The position numbers and the translations under genes are program-made. Shown piece by piece: positions 43,099 to 51,529 of a stretch of DNA of 64,000 nucleotides. The notes below the pieces were generated by a model. That model worked only from the letters and a program-made list of their open reading frames with translations, was not told the origin of the DNA and did no database searches. Position 1 is the stretch's first letter, and every line of letters begins with the position of its first letter. The stretch lies in assembly GCA_049431025.1 (NCBI GenBank), contig JBMTCP010000011.1, positions 285-64,284 on the forward strand, in the 5' to 3' direction. Source of the DNA: Bacteroidia bacterium (lineage in GTDB: Bacteria; Bacteroidota; Bacteroidia; UBA7662).

Positions 43099-44175
43099 TC
43101 AATTCTTGACCAACCAATACGAACGGCTTTGAGAACCGATCCGAAGCACGATGGCTACATCGTGGGTCCCGACAGGCTCCAAATCGGCCAGGTAGGTGTA
43201 CCCACGTGCCGGATCCAAGAATTGCCCCCCTATCCATCCTCGACGACCGGGCCTCAAATCCCGAAGCAAGCGTAGGCCCAAGAGGCGATTGGATGAAGCT
43301 TGGCTCTCGGGAGGACAAAAATCGCAAAGACTGCCGGCGTTGTAGGGGGATCCCTCAGGAAAGCCCGAAACCTCTGCAGCCAAGGCCCCTGTGCTATCCA
43401 TAACAAATTTTAAATCCATCAACGCCCTGTTGTCCCTGCTGTCCTTGAGCCGGTACGTACCCTGAGGCACCTCCTGAACAAAGGCAGGTAAGCGGTTCGC
43501 GGTGGAAAAAGCGGATTCCAAGGGACGAGTGGAGGGCTGTGGCTCCGAACAAGAAGCCAAGACAAATAACAAGAGAAGAACTAAGGCTTTGGGCAAACGA
43601 GCGGCTTCAATAATTCGACGGAAAAGAGCCGCCGTAAGCAAAGCATCCCCCAAGGCGCGATGCCGACCCACAGTGGGAATACCCAAACCGCGGCAAAGCT
43701 TACCCAGGGAGTACGAAGGCTGTTCCGGCAAAAAATGACGCGCCAAGGCCTGGGTACAGAGCAACGAACGTTGAAATGTTCGGCCTGCCAATCCCATTTC
43801 ATAACACAAGTAACGGTAATCAAAGGCGACCGGATGACCAACAATCCACGCGTCTTGACAAAAGTCCTCTATTTCGTCGGCCTTTTCGGCAAAAGCAGGG
43901 GCGCGACGCACCATGGACGAATTAATTCCGGTCAGGTCAGCCACAAAGGGCGGGATTTCGCGTTCCGGATTAAACAGCGACTCCCATCTTCGTTCTGAAC
44001 CATCCGACTCCAAACGCACCATGCCCAATTCCATCATGCGTTCGGGTGGGAAATTTCCTCCGGTGGCCTCAACGTCCAAAACAACAAAGGCCGGCGCAGT
44101 CTCCAGCAGACCTGGAAATTCATCGGGATGAAGCGTCGCAGGGGGCCTTGCAGCGCGGGGTCGGTGAGCGGCCAA
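43099..44175 (-). CDS. DnaQ-like DEDDh 3'-5' exonuclease domain, continuing in frame into a lipoprotein-like C-terminal module
   Basis: Exo motifs VVLDVEATG (I), HPVAFDYRYL (II) and HRALGDALLTAAL (III) in the first 190 aa or so. This is followed in frame by (TTG)PKALVLLLLFVLASCSEP, which is a signal-peptide h-region plus a LASC lipobox, and about 150 aa of unknown fold. Confidence 0.6.
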   Translation of the reverse strand: MAAHRPRAARPPATLHPDEFPGLLETAPAFVVLDVEATGGNFPPERMMELGMVRLESDGSERRWESLFNPEREIPPFVADLTGINSSMVRRAPAFAEKADEIEDFCQDAWIVGHPVAFDYRYLCYEMGLAGRTFQRSLLCTQALARHFLPEQPSYSLGKLCRGLGIPTVGRHRALGDALLTAALFRRIIEAARLPKALVLLLLFVLASCSEPQPSTRPLESAFSTANRLPAFVQEVPQGTYRLKDSRDNRALMDLKFVMDSTGALAAEVSGFPEGSPYNAGSLCDFCPPESQASSNRLLGLRLLRDLRPGRRGWIGGQFLDPARGYTYLADLEPVGTHDVAIVLRIGSQSRSYWLVKN

Positions 44176-44183
44176 TGGGTGAA

Positions 44184-44576
44184 TCAGAAGGGCATATCAT
44201 CCCCACCCTGTACCGAATAATCCGGTTCAGAGGGCAAGGGGCGAACAGGTGCTCCACCACCCATTCCGGCCGCTGGGGCATGCGGTGGTGGCATGGCCGG
44301 ACCACCGGCACCGGCAGCTGCTACTTTCCAAGCTCGGATATCGGTGTACCAACGACCGTTGTATTCCCGGCTTTCTACCTCGATGGAGGCGGTAATTTCT
44401 GAACCTGTCTGCAACGGAAACTGATCAATTTTGTCACCCCACAAACTCATGCACACCTTGCGTGGGTATTGACCTTTGGTTTCCAGGATAAATTCCTGTT
44501 TGCGCCAGCTGTTCCCGCTTCTTCCTGTACCGGTGACTTCAGGCAGCATTTGGATGATTTGACCGGTTATTTCCAT
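44184..44576 (-). CDS. DUF3127 protein, inferred SSB-like OB-fold ssDNA-binding protein with an SSB-type C-terminal acidic tip
   Basis: The N-terminal 85 aa or so follow the beta-strand pattern of bacterial SSB (W/F-G-x-K-I/L-A/D-x and RxW/YTD motifs). This is followed by a Gly/Pro/Ala-rich linker and a terminal ...GGDDMPF (compare E. coli SSB ...DFDDDIPF). Confidence 0.55.
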   Translation of the reverse strand: MEITGQIIQMLPEVTGTGRSGNSWRKQEFILETKGQYPRKVCMSLWGDKIDQFPLQTGSEITASIEVESREYNGRWYTDIRAWKVAAAGAGGPAMPPPHAPAAGMGGGAPVRPLPSEPDYSVQGGDDMPF

Positions 44577-44669
44577 AACAATTTCAATTTAGGCCCGTCG
44601 AAGATGCTCAAGAAGGGGGTTAACAGCTTCCGATATCTGCCACGGTTAAGGACAAAAATACGGGGCAAG

Positions 44670-44683
44670 TGCTTGGCCAAGCA
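44670..44683. promoter_or_regulatory. 14-bp perfect palindrome TGCTTGGCCAAGCA in the divergent intergenic region between the DUF3127 gene and the beta-CASP nuclease gene
   Basis: Seen directly in the sequence, about 55 bp upstream of the beta-CASP gene start and about 95 bp upstream of the DUF3127 start. Confidence 0.35.
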
Positions 44684-44740
44684 TGAAGCCCAGGGGCGTT
44701 TATCCACATTCGACAGCAAGACCGCGTATTTTTGGCCTTT

Positions 44741-46153
44741 ATGGCGATACAATTCACCTCCTGGGGCGCGGCGCGGCAAGTTACCGGGAGTATGCATCTT
44801 CTGGAATTGCAGGATGGTTTTCGAATCTTGGTGGATTGTGGCTTGGAAATGGGCACCCGATCGCAGGATCCTCCGTTTGGATTTGAACCCTCCTCCATTA
44901 ACCTGGTCATTCTGACCCATGCCCACATGGATCACTGCGGAAGACTTCCCGAATTGGTCCGCGAAGGCTACTCAGGCGAAATTCTATGTACCGAACCCAC
45001 CATGGAATTGAGTGCTTTGTTGTTGAGGGACAGCGCCCATCTTCAGGCGAAACGTATGGCCGGCGATCATCATGGACGCGCCAAAGGTCGCAAAAAAGGT
45101 GACCAAGCCTTCAAAAAACTGGCCCACCGTCTGGGACAGGATGCTGAACATTGCCTTCGCCGTTTCCACCCCCTGCGTCCCAACAAAAGCTACCGGATAC
45201 GCGAAAACCTCCGCTTAAAAATGATTCCCTGTTCGCATCTGCTGGGTGCCGTTTCGGTTTATTTGGAAGTTGAGGACCAAGGGCGTTGGATTCGCTTTGG
45301 ATGGAGTGGAGATTTGGGCCGTTCAGGATACCCCGGACTACCGGACCCGGAACCCTTTCCGGAAGTGGACTATTTGGTCTGCGAAAGCACCTACGGAGGG
45401 GTTCTGCACCAGGAAACCCGCCCGGCCAGCGAAGTGGTTTTGGCCATGATTCGGGACGCCTTGAGCCAGGAGGGAGGCAAACTCCTGGTTCCGGCCTTTT
45501 CGGTAGGCCGTACACAGGCTTTTTTGTTGGTGCTTCAGCAACTTTTTGAAAACGGGCTCTTGCCTGATGATGTGCCGGTTTTTGTGGATTCGCCCATGGC
45601 CATCCAAAGTACCGAGGTCTATCGTCAAATGGAAGACTGGTTAAGCCGTGAGGCCCAAAACATGATCAAAATGTACGGGGATGTCTTTTCGTTTGAGCGC
45701 TTACGCTTTGTTCAGAGCATAGGGCAAAGCCGCAAAATTGCCTCCGATTATAAACCATCCATTTTGGTTTCCGCTTCAGGAATGCTGGACGGGGGACGCA
45801 TCCATACCCACCTCAAAGAGCAATTGCAAAATTCCAAGGCTTGTGTTCTCTTCATTGGCTACCTGGCCGAAGGTAGTTTGGGCCGCCAATTAGCGGATGG
45901 AGCCAGCCATGTTACCGTCGATGGACGAAGTGTTATGGTTAGAGCCAAATTGTGTTATACCGATATTTTCAGCGGTCATGCTGATCACCGTGGTCTGATG
46001 AATTTTGCAACACGAACTTCTTCGCAAGTGTTAAAACAAATCTTTTTGGTCCACGGCGAAATCGACCGCATGGAAGCCCTGGCCAGCGACTTGGTGGCCC
46101 AAGGCTACCGGGTGGAACTCCCACAGCGGGGTCAAACCTACGTTCTTGCTTAA
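44741..46153 (+). CDS. MBL-fold beta-CASP family nuclease (RNA-metabolising metallo-beta-lactamase)
   Basis: HAHMDHCG (HxHxDH) motif, beta-CASP region, and a C-terminal RMMBL-like region. The N-terminus AIQFTSWGAARQVTGSMHLLEL is typical; an alternative TTG start lies at 44732. Confidence 0.75.
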   Translation: MAIQFTSWGAARQVTGSMHLLELQDGFRILVDCGLEMGTRSQDPPFGFEPSSINLVILTHAHMDHCGRLPELVREGYSGEILCTEPTMELSALLLRDSAHLQAKRMAGDHHGRAKGRKKGDQAFKKLAHRLGQDAEHCLRRFHPLRPNKSYRIRENLRLKMIPCSHLLGAVSVYLEVEDQGRWIRFGWSGDLGRSGYPGLPDPEPFPEVDYLVCESTYGGVLHQETRPASEVVLAMIRDALSQEGGKLLVPAFSVGRTQAFLLVLQQLFENGLLPDDVPVFVDSPMAIQSTEVYRQMEDWLSREAQNMIKMYGDVFSFERLRFVQSIGQSRKIASDYKPSILVSASGMLDGGRIHTHLKEQLQNSKACVLFIGYLAEGSLGRQLADGASHVTVDGRSVMVRAKLCYTDIFSGHADHRGLMNFATRTSSQVLKQIFLVHGEIDRMEALASDLVAQGYRVELPQRGQTYVLA

Positions 46154-46174
46154 TTTTGAACCACACCAACGGTC

Positions 46175-46876
46175 ATGAAAACCCCTTCGATTTGTCGTCA
46201 TCTTCTGTTTTGGATTGCCCTTGGCAGCCTTGGAATGCACTCCTGCAATTCCTCCAATGACTCGACTTCCCAAGGTACTCCTTTGCCCATCTTGGGGCCC
46301 ATGCAAATCATTCCTAACGAAAAGGGAGGTCAAGACACCGTTTTTATGAAACTTCCTGAGTTGGCCCTCGAAGACCAAGATGGTTTGGCCTTCCACAGCG
46401 ATAGCCTTCAAGGTCAGATCCGTATCGTGGATTTTTTCTTTGCATCCTGTCCTGGAATTTGCATCGACATGAGTGCCAACATGGCCAGAATTCTGGCGAA
46501 CCAAGAAGCCAAGGCTGCCCAAAACCCCCAAAGTATCCAAAGCCCTGGACTGCGCTTGGTATCCTACACCATCGATCCTCAAAGGGATACCCGCGATGTT
46601 TTATCAATGTATGCCCAAAAACACGGCGTAGCTAAAGGCAACCGAAACTGGCTTTTTTTGAGGGGTGATGAAGCCCAAATCCACGCCTTGGCAGAACAGT
46701 ATTATTTGCTGAGTGCCGGTGCGGATTCCACTGCGCCGGGAGGCTTTTTGCATTCAGGACAGTTCCTCCTTTTGGATACCCGCGGCCGAATTCGGGGTTT
46801 GTACGACGGTACATCACCCGCCGAATGCGCGGTGTTGGAAAAGGATTTGGAAAAGCTGCGGCTGGAAAAGCCTTAA
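46175..46876 (+). CDS. SCO1/SenC family copper chaperone (thioredoxin-like)
   Basis: Lipoprotein-like N-terminus, then FFFASCPGIC (the CxxxC motif of the SCO family). Confidence 0.7.
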   Translation: MKTPSICRHLLFWIALGSLGMHSCNSSNDSTSQGTPLPILGPMQIIPNEKGGQDTVFMKLPELALEDQDGLAFHSDSLQGQIRIVDFFFASCPGICIDMSANMARILANQEAKAAQNPQSIQSPGLRLVSYTIDPQRDTRDVLSMYAQKHGVAKGNRNWLFLRGDEAQIHALAEQYYLLSAGADSTAPGGFLHSGQFLLLDTRGRIRGLYDGTSPAECAVLEKDLEKLRLEKP

Positions 46877-46887
46877 CCTTTAGTGAC

Positions 46888-48081
46888 CTAGGTCTTGTAA
46901 GCCTCCAAACCGGTAGCCAGGCATTCCATAGCGCGGACCAAGCTGCTTTGGTCCAAAACATACGCCAAACGAACTTCTTGTTTTCCCAATCCGGGGGTGG
47001 CGTAAAATCCGGTAGCCGGTGCCATCATCACGGTGGCTCCTTCGTGCCGATGATGCTCCAGCATCCACTGACAAAATGCATCGCTGTCGTCAATAGGAAG
47101 GCGGGCGACCGCATAAAAAGCCCCACCGGGCAAGGGGCACTGAACCCCGGGCATAGCGTTCAAGGCTTGGACCATGGTATTGCGTCGGGCCACGTACTCA
47201 GCGCGAACCGCATCAAAGTAATCCCGGCCTGTATGAATCATGGCCGAAAGGGCTCCGGTTTGATCCAAGGTTGGTGGACTCAAACGCGCCTGGGCGTATT
47301 TGAGAACGGTCTCCATCAATTGGCGGTTTCGGGTAATGAGGGCTCCAATGCGGGCACCGCAGGCCGAATACATTTTGGAGGTGCTTTCGACCACCACGGC
47401 ATGCTCCTCCAGGCCTTCCAAACAAAGAATGGAATCGTGTTCCAACCCATCGTAAACAAATTCCCTGTAAACCTCATCCGCAATCAAAAACAAATCGTGG
47501 GCCTTGGCCAAAGCAGCCAAAGCTGCCAATTCCTGGCGGGTATACAAGGTACCCGTAGGGTTGTTAGGGTTACAAATCATGATGGCCCGAGTTCGGGGGC
47601 CTATTGCAGAAGCTAAATCTTCGACCGCAGGCAGGGCGAAATTTTCTTCAATCAGGGTTGTGAAAGGACGCAATACGACCCCACCCATAGCTGCAAATCC
47701 ATTGTAATTGGCATAAAACGGTTCGGGAATTAGAATTTCATCCCCGGGATCAAAGCAGGCCATCATCGCCATGATTAAAGCCTCCGACCCTCCCGTACTA
47801 ATCAAAATATCCTCGGAGGTGAGGCCATACCCTTTGATGTTAAGCTGTTCGGCGTAGGCCTGTCGGTACGAAGCCAAGCCGGCGGAATGGGAATACGCGA
47901 GGACTTTCTCTCGATAACCCGCTATTCCCTCCCAAAAGGCAGGTGCAGTGGCGATATCGGGTTGTCCGATATTGAGATGAAATACCTGGGTCCCGCTGCT
48001 CTTGGCAGCTTCGGCGTAAGGAACCAGTCGGCGGATCGGGGATGCAGGCATACGATGCCCGCGTTCTGAAATTTTTGGCAT
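46888..48081 (-). CDS. pyridoxal-phosphate-dependent aminotransferase, class I
   Basis: MPKISERGHRMPASPIRRL N-terminus, GQPD motif and PLP-Lys region SKMYSACGARIG. The start is at the ATG ending at 48081. Confidence 0.85.
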   Translation of the reverse strand: MPKISERGHRMPASPIRRLVPYAEAAKSSGTQVFHLNIGQPDIATAPAFWEGIAGYREKVLAYSHSAGLASYRQAYAEQLNIKGYGLTSEDILISTGGSEALIMAMMACFDPGDEILIPEPFYANYNGFAAMGGVVLRPFTTLIEENFALPAVEDLASAIGPRTRAIMICNPNNPTGTLYTRQELAALAALAKAHDLFLIADEVYREFVYDGLEHDSILCLEGLEEHAVVVESTSKMYSACGARIGALITRNRQLMETVLKYAQARLSPPTLDQTGALSAMIHTGRDYFDAVRAEYVARRNTMVQALNAMPGVQCPLPGGAFYAVARLPIDDSDAFCQWMLEHHRHEGATVMMAPATGFYATPGLGKQEVRLAYVLDQSSLVRAMECLATGLEAYKT

Positions 48082-48110
48082 AAAAAAACCCGTGCAAAGG
48101 TACACGGGTT
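48082..48110 (-). terminator. rho-independent terminator downstream of the DUF1573 gene, abutting the aminotransferase start codon
   Basis: On the minus strand, CCCGTGTACCTTTGCACGGG followed by TTTTTTT, then immediately the ATG of the downstream aminotransferase. Confidence 0.6.
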
Positions 48111-48132
48111 TGGAAGGGGATGAACGATGAAC

Positions 48133-48573
48133 TTAAGGCTTGGTTACAGGACTTGCTGCAGGCTTGGATTCGGGTACACCGGGCTCCTCTTTCTCGACCA
48201 AACCAGAAATGGTCAAAACCTTGGTAGGCTCGGAGGCGTTGGACGTAACCGTTACTTGCTTGGTGAACTGACCAGGACGACCCTGAGAATTGTAAACGGC
48301 TTTGATCTTACCGGTTTTACCGGGGGCAATGGGCTCGCGGGTCCAATCGGGGGTAGTGCAACCGCAGGATGCCGCTACATTGGAAATAATCAAAGCGCTT
48401 TTGCCGGTATTGACAAACTCAAATTCGTGGGTCGCCTGCACACCCTCCTTGATTTTTCCGAAATCATGGTTTTCGGACTTGAATTTCAATACGGGTTGGG
48501 GCTTGGATTCGGTCTGAGCAAATGCAGGTACGGCCAAGGCCAAGGTCAGTAGGAACGAAAATAGAGTTTTCAT
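48133..48573 (-). CDS. DUF1573 domain protein (secreted, Bacteroidota-typical)
   Basis: Signal peptide MKTLFSFLLTLALAVPAFA, then the DUF1573 motif (HDFGKIKEG...FEFVNTG...L.I). The start is set at the internal ATG ending at 48573. Confidence 0.7.
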   Translation of the reverse strand: MKTLFSFLLTLALAVPAFAQTESKPQPVLKFKSENHDFGKIKEGVQATHEFEFVNTGKSALIISNVAASCGCTTPDWTREPIAPGKTGKIKAVYNSQGRPGQFTKQVTVTSNASEPTKVLTISGLVEKEEPGVPESKPAASPVTKP

Positions 48574-48672
48574 AGTGGATGAATAGATTTTAAAGTTCAA
48601 AAATAAATAAACAGACCCTTAATCAACGCAAAGTCCCTCTAAAATTGCACTTAAATTATCTTTGTAACGAAA

Positions 48673-51198
48673 TTGGGCGGTTCCTCCAACGATTCCGCAC
48701 CTAACCCAATCGAGCCCACCATGACCCTACAGGACCTTGCCCTCACCTCCCCTTCGACGACCAAACTCCCCAAAGAGGCCATGATCCAAGAGGTACTGGC
48801 CGACTACCGTTTGGGATGGCTAAGCCGACACGCTAGTCTTTTGGGGCGCAAGGAGGTCTTAACCGGCAAAGCCAAATTTGGCATATTCGGTGACGGAAAG
48901 GAATTGCCCCAATTGGCTATGGCCAAGGCCTTCAAGGCCGGGGATATCCGTTCGGGGTATTACCGGGACCAAACCTTTATGCTCGCAACGGGCATGACCA
49001 CGTTGGATGCCTTTTTTGCTCAGCTTTATGCCCACCCCAGTTTGGAGCATGAACCGGCCTCGGGCGGTCGCTCCATGAACGGGCATTTCGCCACCCGTTG
49101 GCTGGATGCTTCCGGTGAGTTTTTGGACCTCACCCGAGCACCCCAATCAACCGCTGATATTTCACCCACCGGGGGTCAAATGGGGAGAGGTTTAGGGATT
49201 GCCTTTGCCTCCAAGTGGTACAGGGAGCACCAAGACCTTTCCCAACAATCCTCGTTCAGCCAAAACGGCAACGAGGTATCTTTTGTTACAATCGGAAATG
49301 CCTCCACCAGCGAAGGACATTTTTGGGAAAGCATTAACGCCGCCGGTGTTTTGCAGGTACCCCTCCTTGTTTCCATTTGGGATGATGCCTACGGGATATC
49401 GGTTCCAGCCTCGTACCAAACCACCAAGGAAAATATCGGCGCCCTGCTTCAAGGATTCCGTACAGGCCCGGACGGTCGCGGTTTTCGTTTTTATACCTGC
49501 CCCGGTTGGGATTACCCCCGCCTTTGCGCCTTGTACCTTAAAGCTGCAGACGCTTGCCGGGCGGATCATATGCCGGCATTGTTTCATGTTACGGAACTTA
49601 CCCAACCCCAGGGACATAGCACATCCGGATCGCATGAACGCTACAAAAGTGCTGAAAGGCTGCAATGGGAAAAGGAAAACGACGGACTTGTTCGAATGCG
49701 CGCCTGGCTCTTGGATCAAGAAATCGCGGATGAAGCGACTTTGGATCTTATCGAAGCCGAAGCGGCATCGGAAGCCAAAGCCGCCCAAACGAGAGCCTAT
49801 CAGGCCTTTAGAATGAGCATCGCGCCTTGGCTGGATGAAGTTAATCAACACCTAACAGCCCTGGCCAGCAGCCTGCAGGCCCAGTCCGTCCCGACCTTAT
49901 CGGCATTGCAGGAAACCCTGCAAGTCTTGCAGCGTGAACGGGAACCCTTGCGTCGAGATTTGATGCAAGCCGTACGACGCAGTTTATGGCTAGCCCACCA
50001 ACACCAATGGCACCAACATTCGGATACTGGAATCCGGGAAGCTTGCAAAAACCTGCTCGCCCTTCGCAGCCGCATGGATAGCATGCATCAAGTGATGTAC
50101 AACCGAGGCCTGCACAGCCAATCGGCAGCCGCACTCTCCAACATGCAGGCCATCCCTCCCACCTACAGCGCCGATGCCACCGAACTGAATGGATTTGAAC
50201 TGTTGAACCGCTGTTTTGATTATTGGTTATCCCATGAACCCACCTTTTTGGCTTTGGGCGAAGATGTCGGCAAAATTGGGGATGTGAACCAAGGTTTTGC
50301 GGGCTTGCAAGAGAAATACGGGGAATCCAGGGTTACCGATACAGGTATTCGGGAAATGAGTATTGTTGGTCAGGGATTAGGGGCTGCCATGCGCGGTCTT
50401 CGGCCCTTGGTTGAGATTCAATACCTGGACTATTTGCTTTTTGCGTTGCAAATCCTGAGTGACGATGTGGCCACGCTGCAATACCGCAGCGCCGGTGGCC
50501 AAAAAGCCCCCCTAATCGTCCGAACCCGAGGTCACCGATTGGAGGGAATTTGGCATTCGGGATCCCCCATGGGAATGATACTACATTCCTTGAGGGGAAT
50601 GATGGTTTTGGTACCCCGCAATATGGTGCAAGCTGCGGGCTTCTACAACACCTTAATGCAAGGCGATGAACCGGCCTTGGTGGTGGAATGCCTCAACGGT
50701 TACCGCCTCAAGGAAAAAGTCCCCGATAATTTGCATACGTTTCGGGTGGTTCCCGGTCAGGCCGAAATACTCAAGGAAGGTTCGGATCTTACCCTGGTGA
50801 CCTACGGTTCTTGTTGTCGCATCGCCGTGGAGGCGGCGGACTGCCTTCAAAATCTGGGCGTTTCGGTCGAAGTGGTGGATGCGCAGAGTTTGCTGCCTTT
50901 TGATGTGCAAGGACTTTGCGCTCAGTCTTTGCGCAAGACATCCCGCCTAATGATACTGGATGAAGATGTTCCTGGTGGGGCTTCTTCGTATTTGTTACAA
51001 CAAATTCTGGAAGTCCAAAAAGGATTTTCGTTGTTGGATTGGGCTCCGATCACCTTGACCGCCCAGGCCCATCGACCAGCCTACGGTTCAGACGGGGATT
51101 ATTTCAGCAAGCCCTCGGTTGAAGATGTGGTTGAGGCGGTTTGGAGTCTCATGGCCCAAGCGGAACCGGGCTATTATCGTCCTTTCCCGACGGCCTAA
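48673..51198 (+). CDS. 2-oxo acid dehydrogenase E1 component, fused alpha/beta subunits
   Basis: N-terminal TPP-binding E1-alpha-like domain, a central coiled linker, and a C-terminal transketolase-like E1-beta domain (GEDVGKIGDVNQGF...). 841 aa. Confidence 0.8.
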   Translation: MGGSSNDSAPNPIEPTMTLQDLALTSPSTTKLPKEAMIQEVLADYRLGWLSRHASLLGRKEVLTGKAKFGIFGDGKELPQLAMAKAFKAGDIRSGYYRDQTFMLATGMTTLDAFFAQLYAHPSLEHEPASGGRSMNGHFATRWLDASGEFLDLTRAPQSTADISPTGGQMGRGLGIAFASKWYREHQDLSQQSSFSQNGNEVSFVTIGNASTSEGHFWESINAAGVLQVPLLVSIWDDAYGISVPASYQTTKENIGALLQGFRTGPDGRGFRFYTCPGWDYPRLCALYLKAADACRADHMPALFHVTELTQPQGHSTSGSHERYKSAERLQWEKENDGLVRMRAWLLDQEIADEATLDLIEAEAASEAKAAQTRAYQAFRMSIAPWLDEVNQHLTALASSLQAQSVPTLSALQETLQVLQREREPLRRDLMQAVRRSLWLAHQHQWHQHSDTGIREACKNLLALRSRMDSMHQVMYNRGLHSQSAAALSNMQAIPPTYSADATELNGFELLNRCFDYWLSHEPTFLALGEDVGKIGDVNQGFAGLQEKYGESRVTDTGIREMSIVGQGLGAAMRGLRPLVEIQYLDYLLFALQILSDDVATLQYRSAGGQKAPLIVRTRGHRLEGIWHSGSPMGMILHSLRGMMVLVPRNMVQAAGFYNTLMQGDEPALVVECLNGYRLKEKVPDNLHTFRVVPGQAEILKEGSDLTLVTYGSCCRIAVEAADCLQNLGVSVEVVDAQSLLPFDVQGLCAQSLRKTSRLMILDEDVPGGASSYLLQQILEVQKGFSLLDWAPITLTAQAHRPAYGSDGDYFSKPSVEDVVEAVWSLMAQAEPGYYRPFPTA

Positions 51199-51220
51199 GC
51201 CAATTCTTTGAGGGCTGCCT

Positions 51221-51258
51221 TAGCCTTCAATGGAAGCTCTAGCCTTCAATGGAAGCGC
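51221..51258. repeat. 19-bp tandem direct repeat (2 copies) spanning the clpS stop codon
   Basis: tagccttcaatggaagc(t/g)c occurs twice in tandem. One copy encodes the ClpS C-terminus; the other lies just 3' of the stop. Confidence 0.6.
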
Positions 51259-51529
51259 TCAGTCCTTGATCACATAGCGCTGATTGGATGGGCAATAACT
51301 CCACGTAAGTACCCAGCTTGACTATGCAACGACCTTTGAGGTGCACAATCCAAGCGCATTGTTCCGCTTGTTCGGCTTCGTGATCGCAGTAGCGGATCAA
51401 ACAACGGATAACATGATCGAAGGTATTGATATCGTCGTTGTACAGGACCAGCTTTTCGCCTTCATCTTCTTGTTCCAATAAACCATGAATCGGTTGATCC
51501 TGGGGACGTGTGGTGGGGGCATGCATCAT
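51239..51529 (-). CDS. clpS: ATP-dependent Clp protease adaptor ClpS
   Basis: VLYNDDINTFDHVIRCLIRYCDHEAEQAEQCAWIVHLKGRCIV is the ClpS core. The start is at the internal ATG, which overlaps the prmA stop (ATGA). Confidence 0.8.
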   Translation of the reverse strand: MMHAPTTRPQDQPIHGLLEQEDEGEKLVLYNDDINTFDHVIRCLIRYCDHEAEQAEQCAWIVHLKGRCIVKLGTYVELLPIQSALCDQGLSASIEG

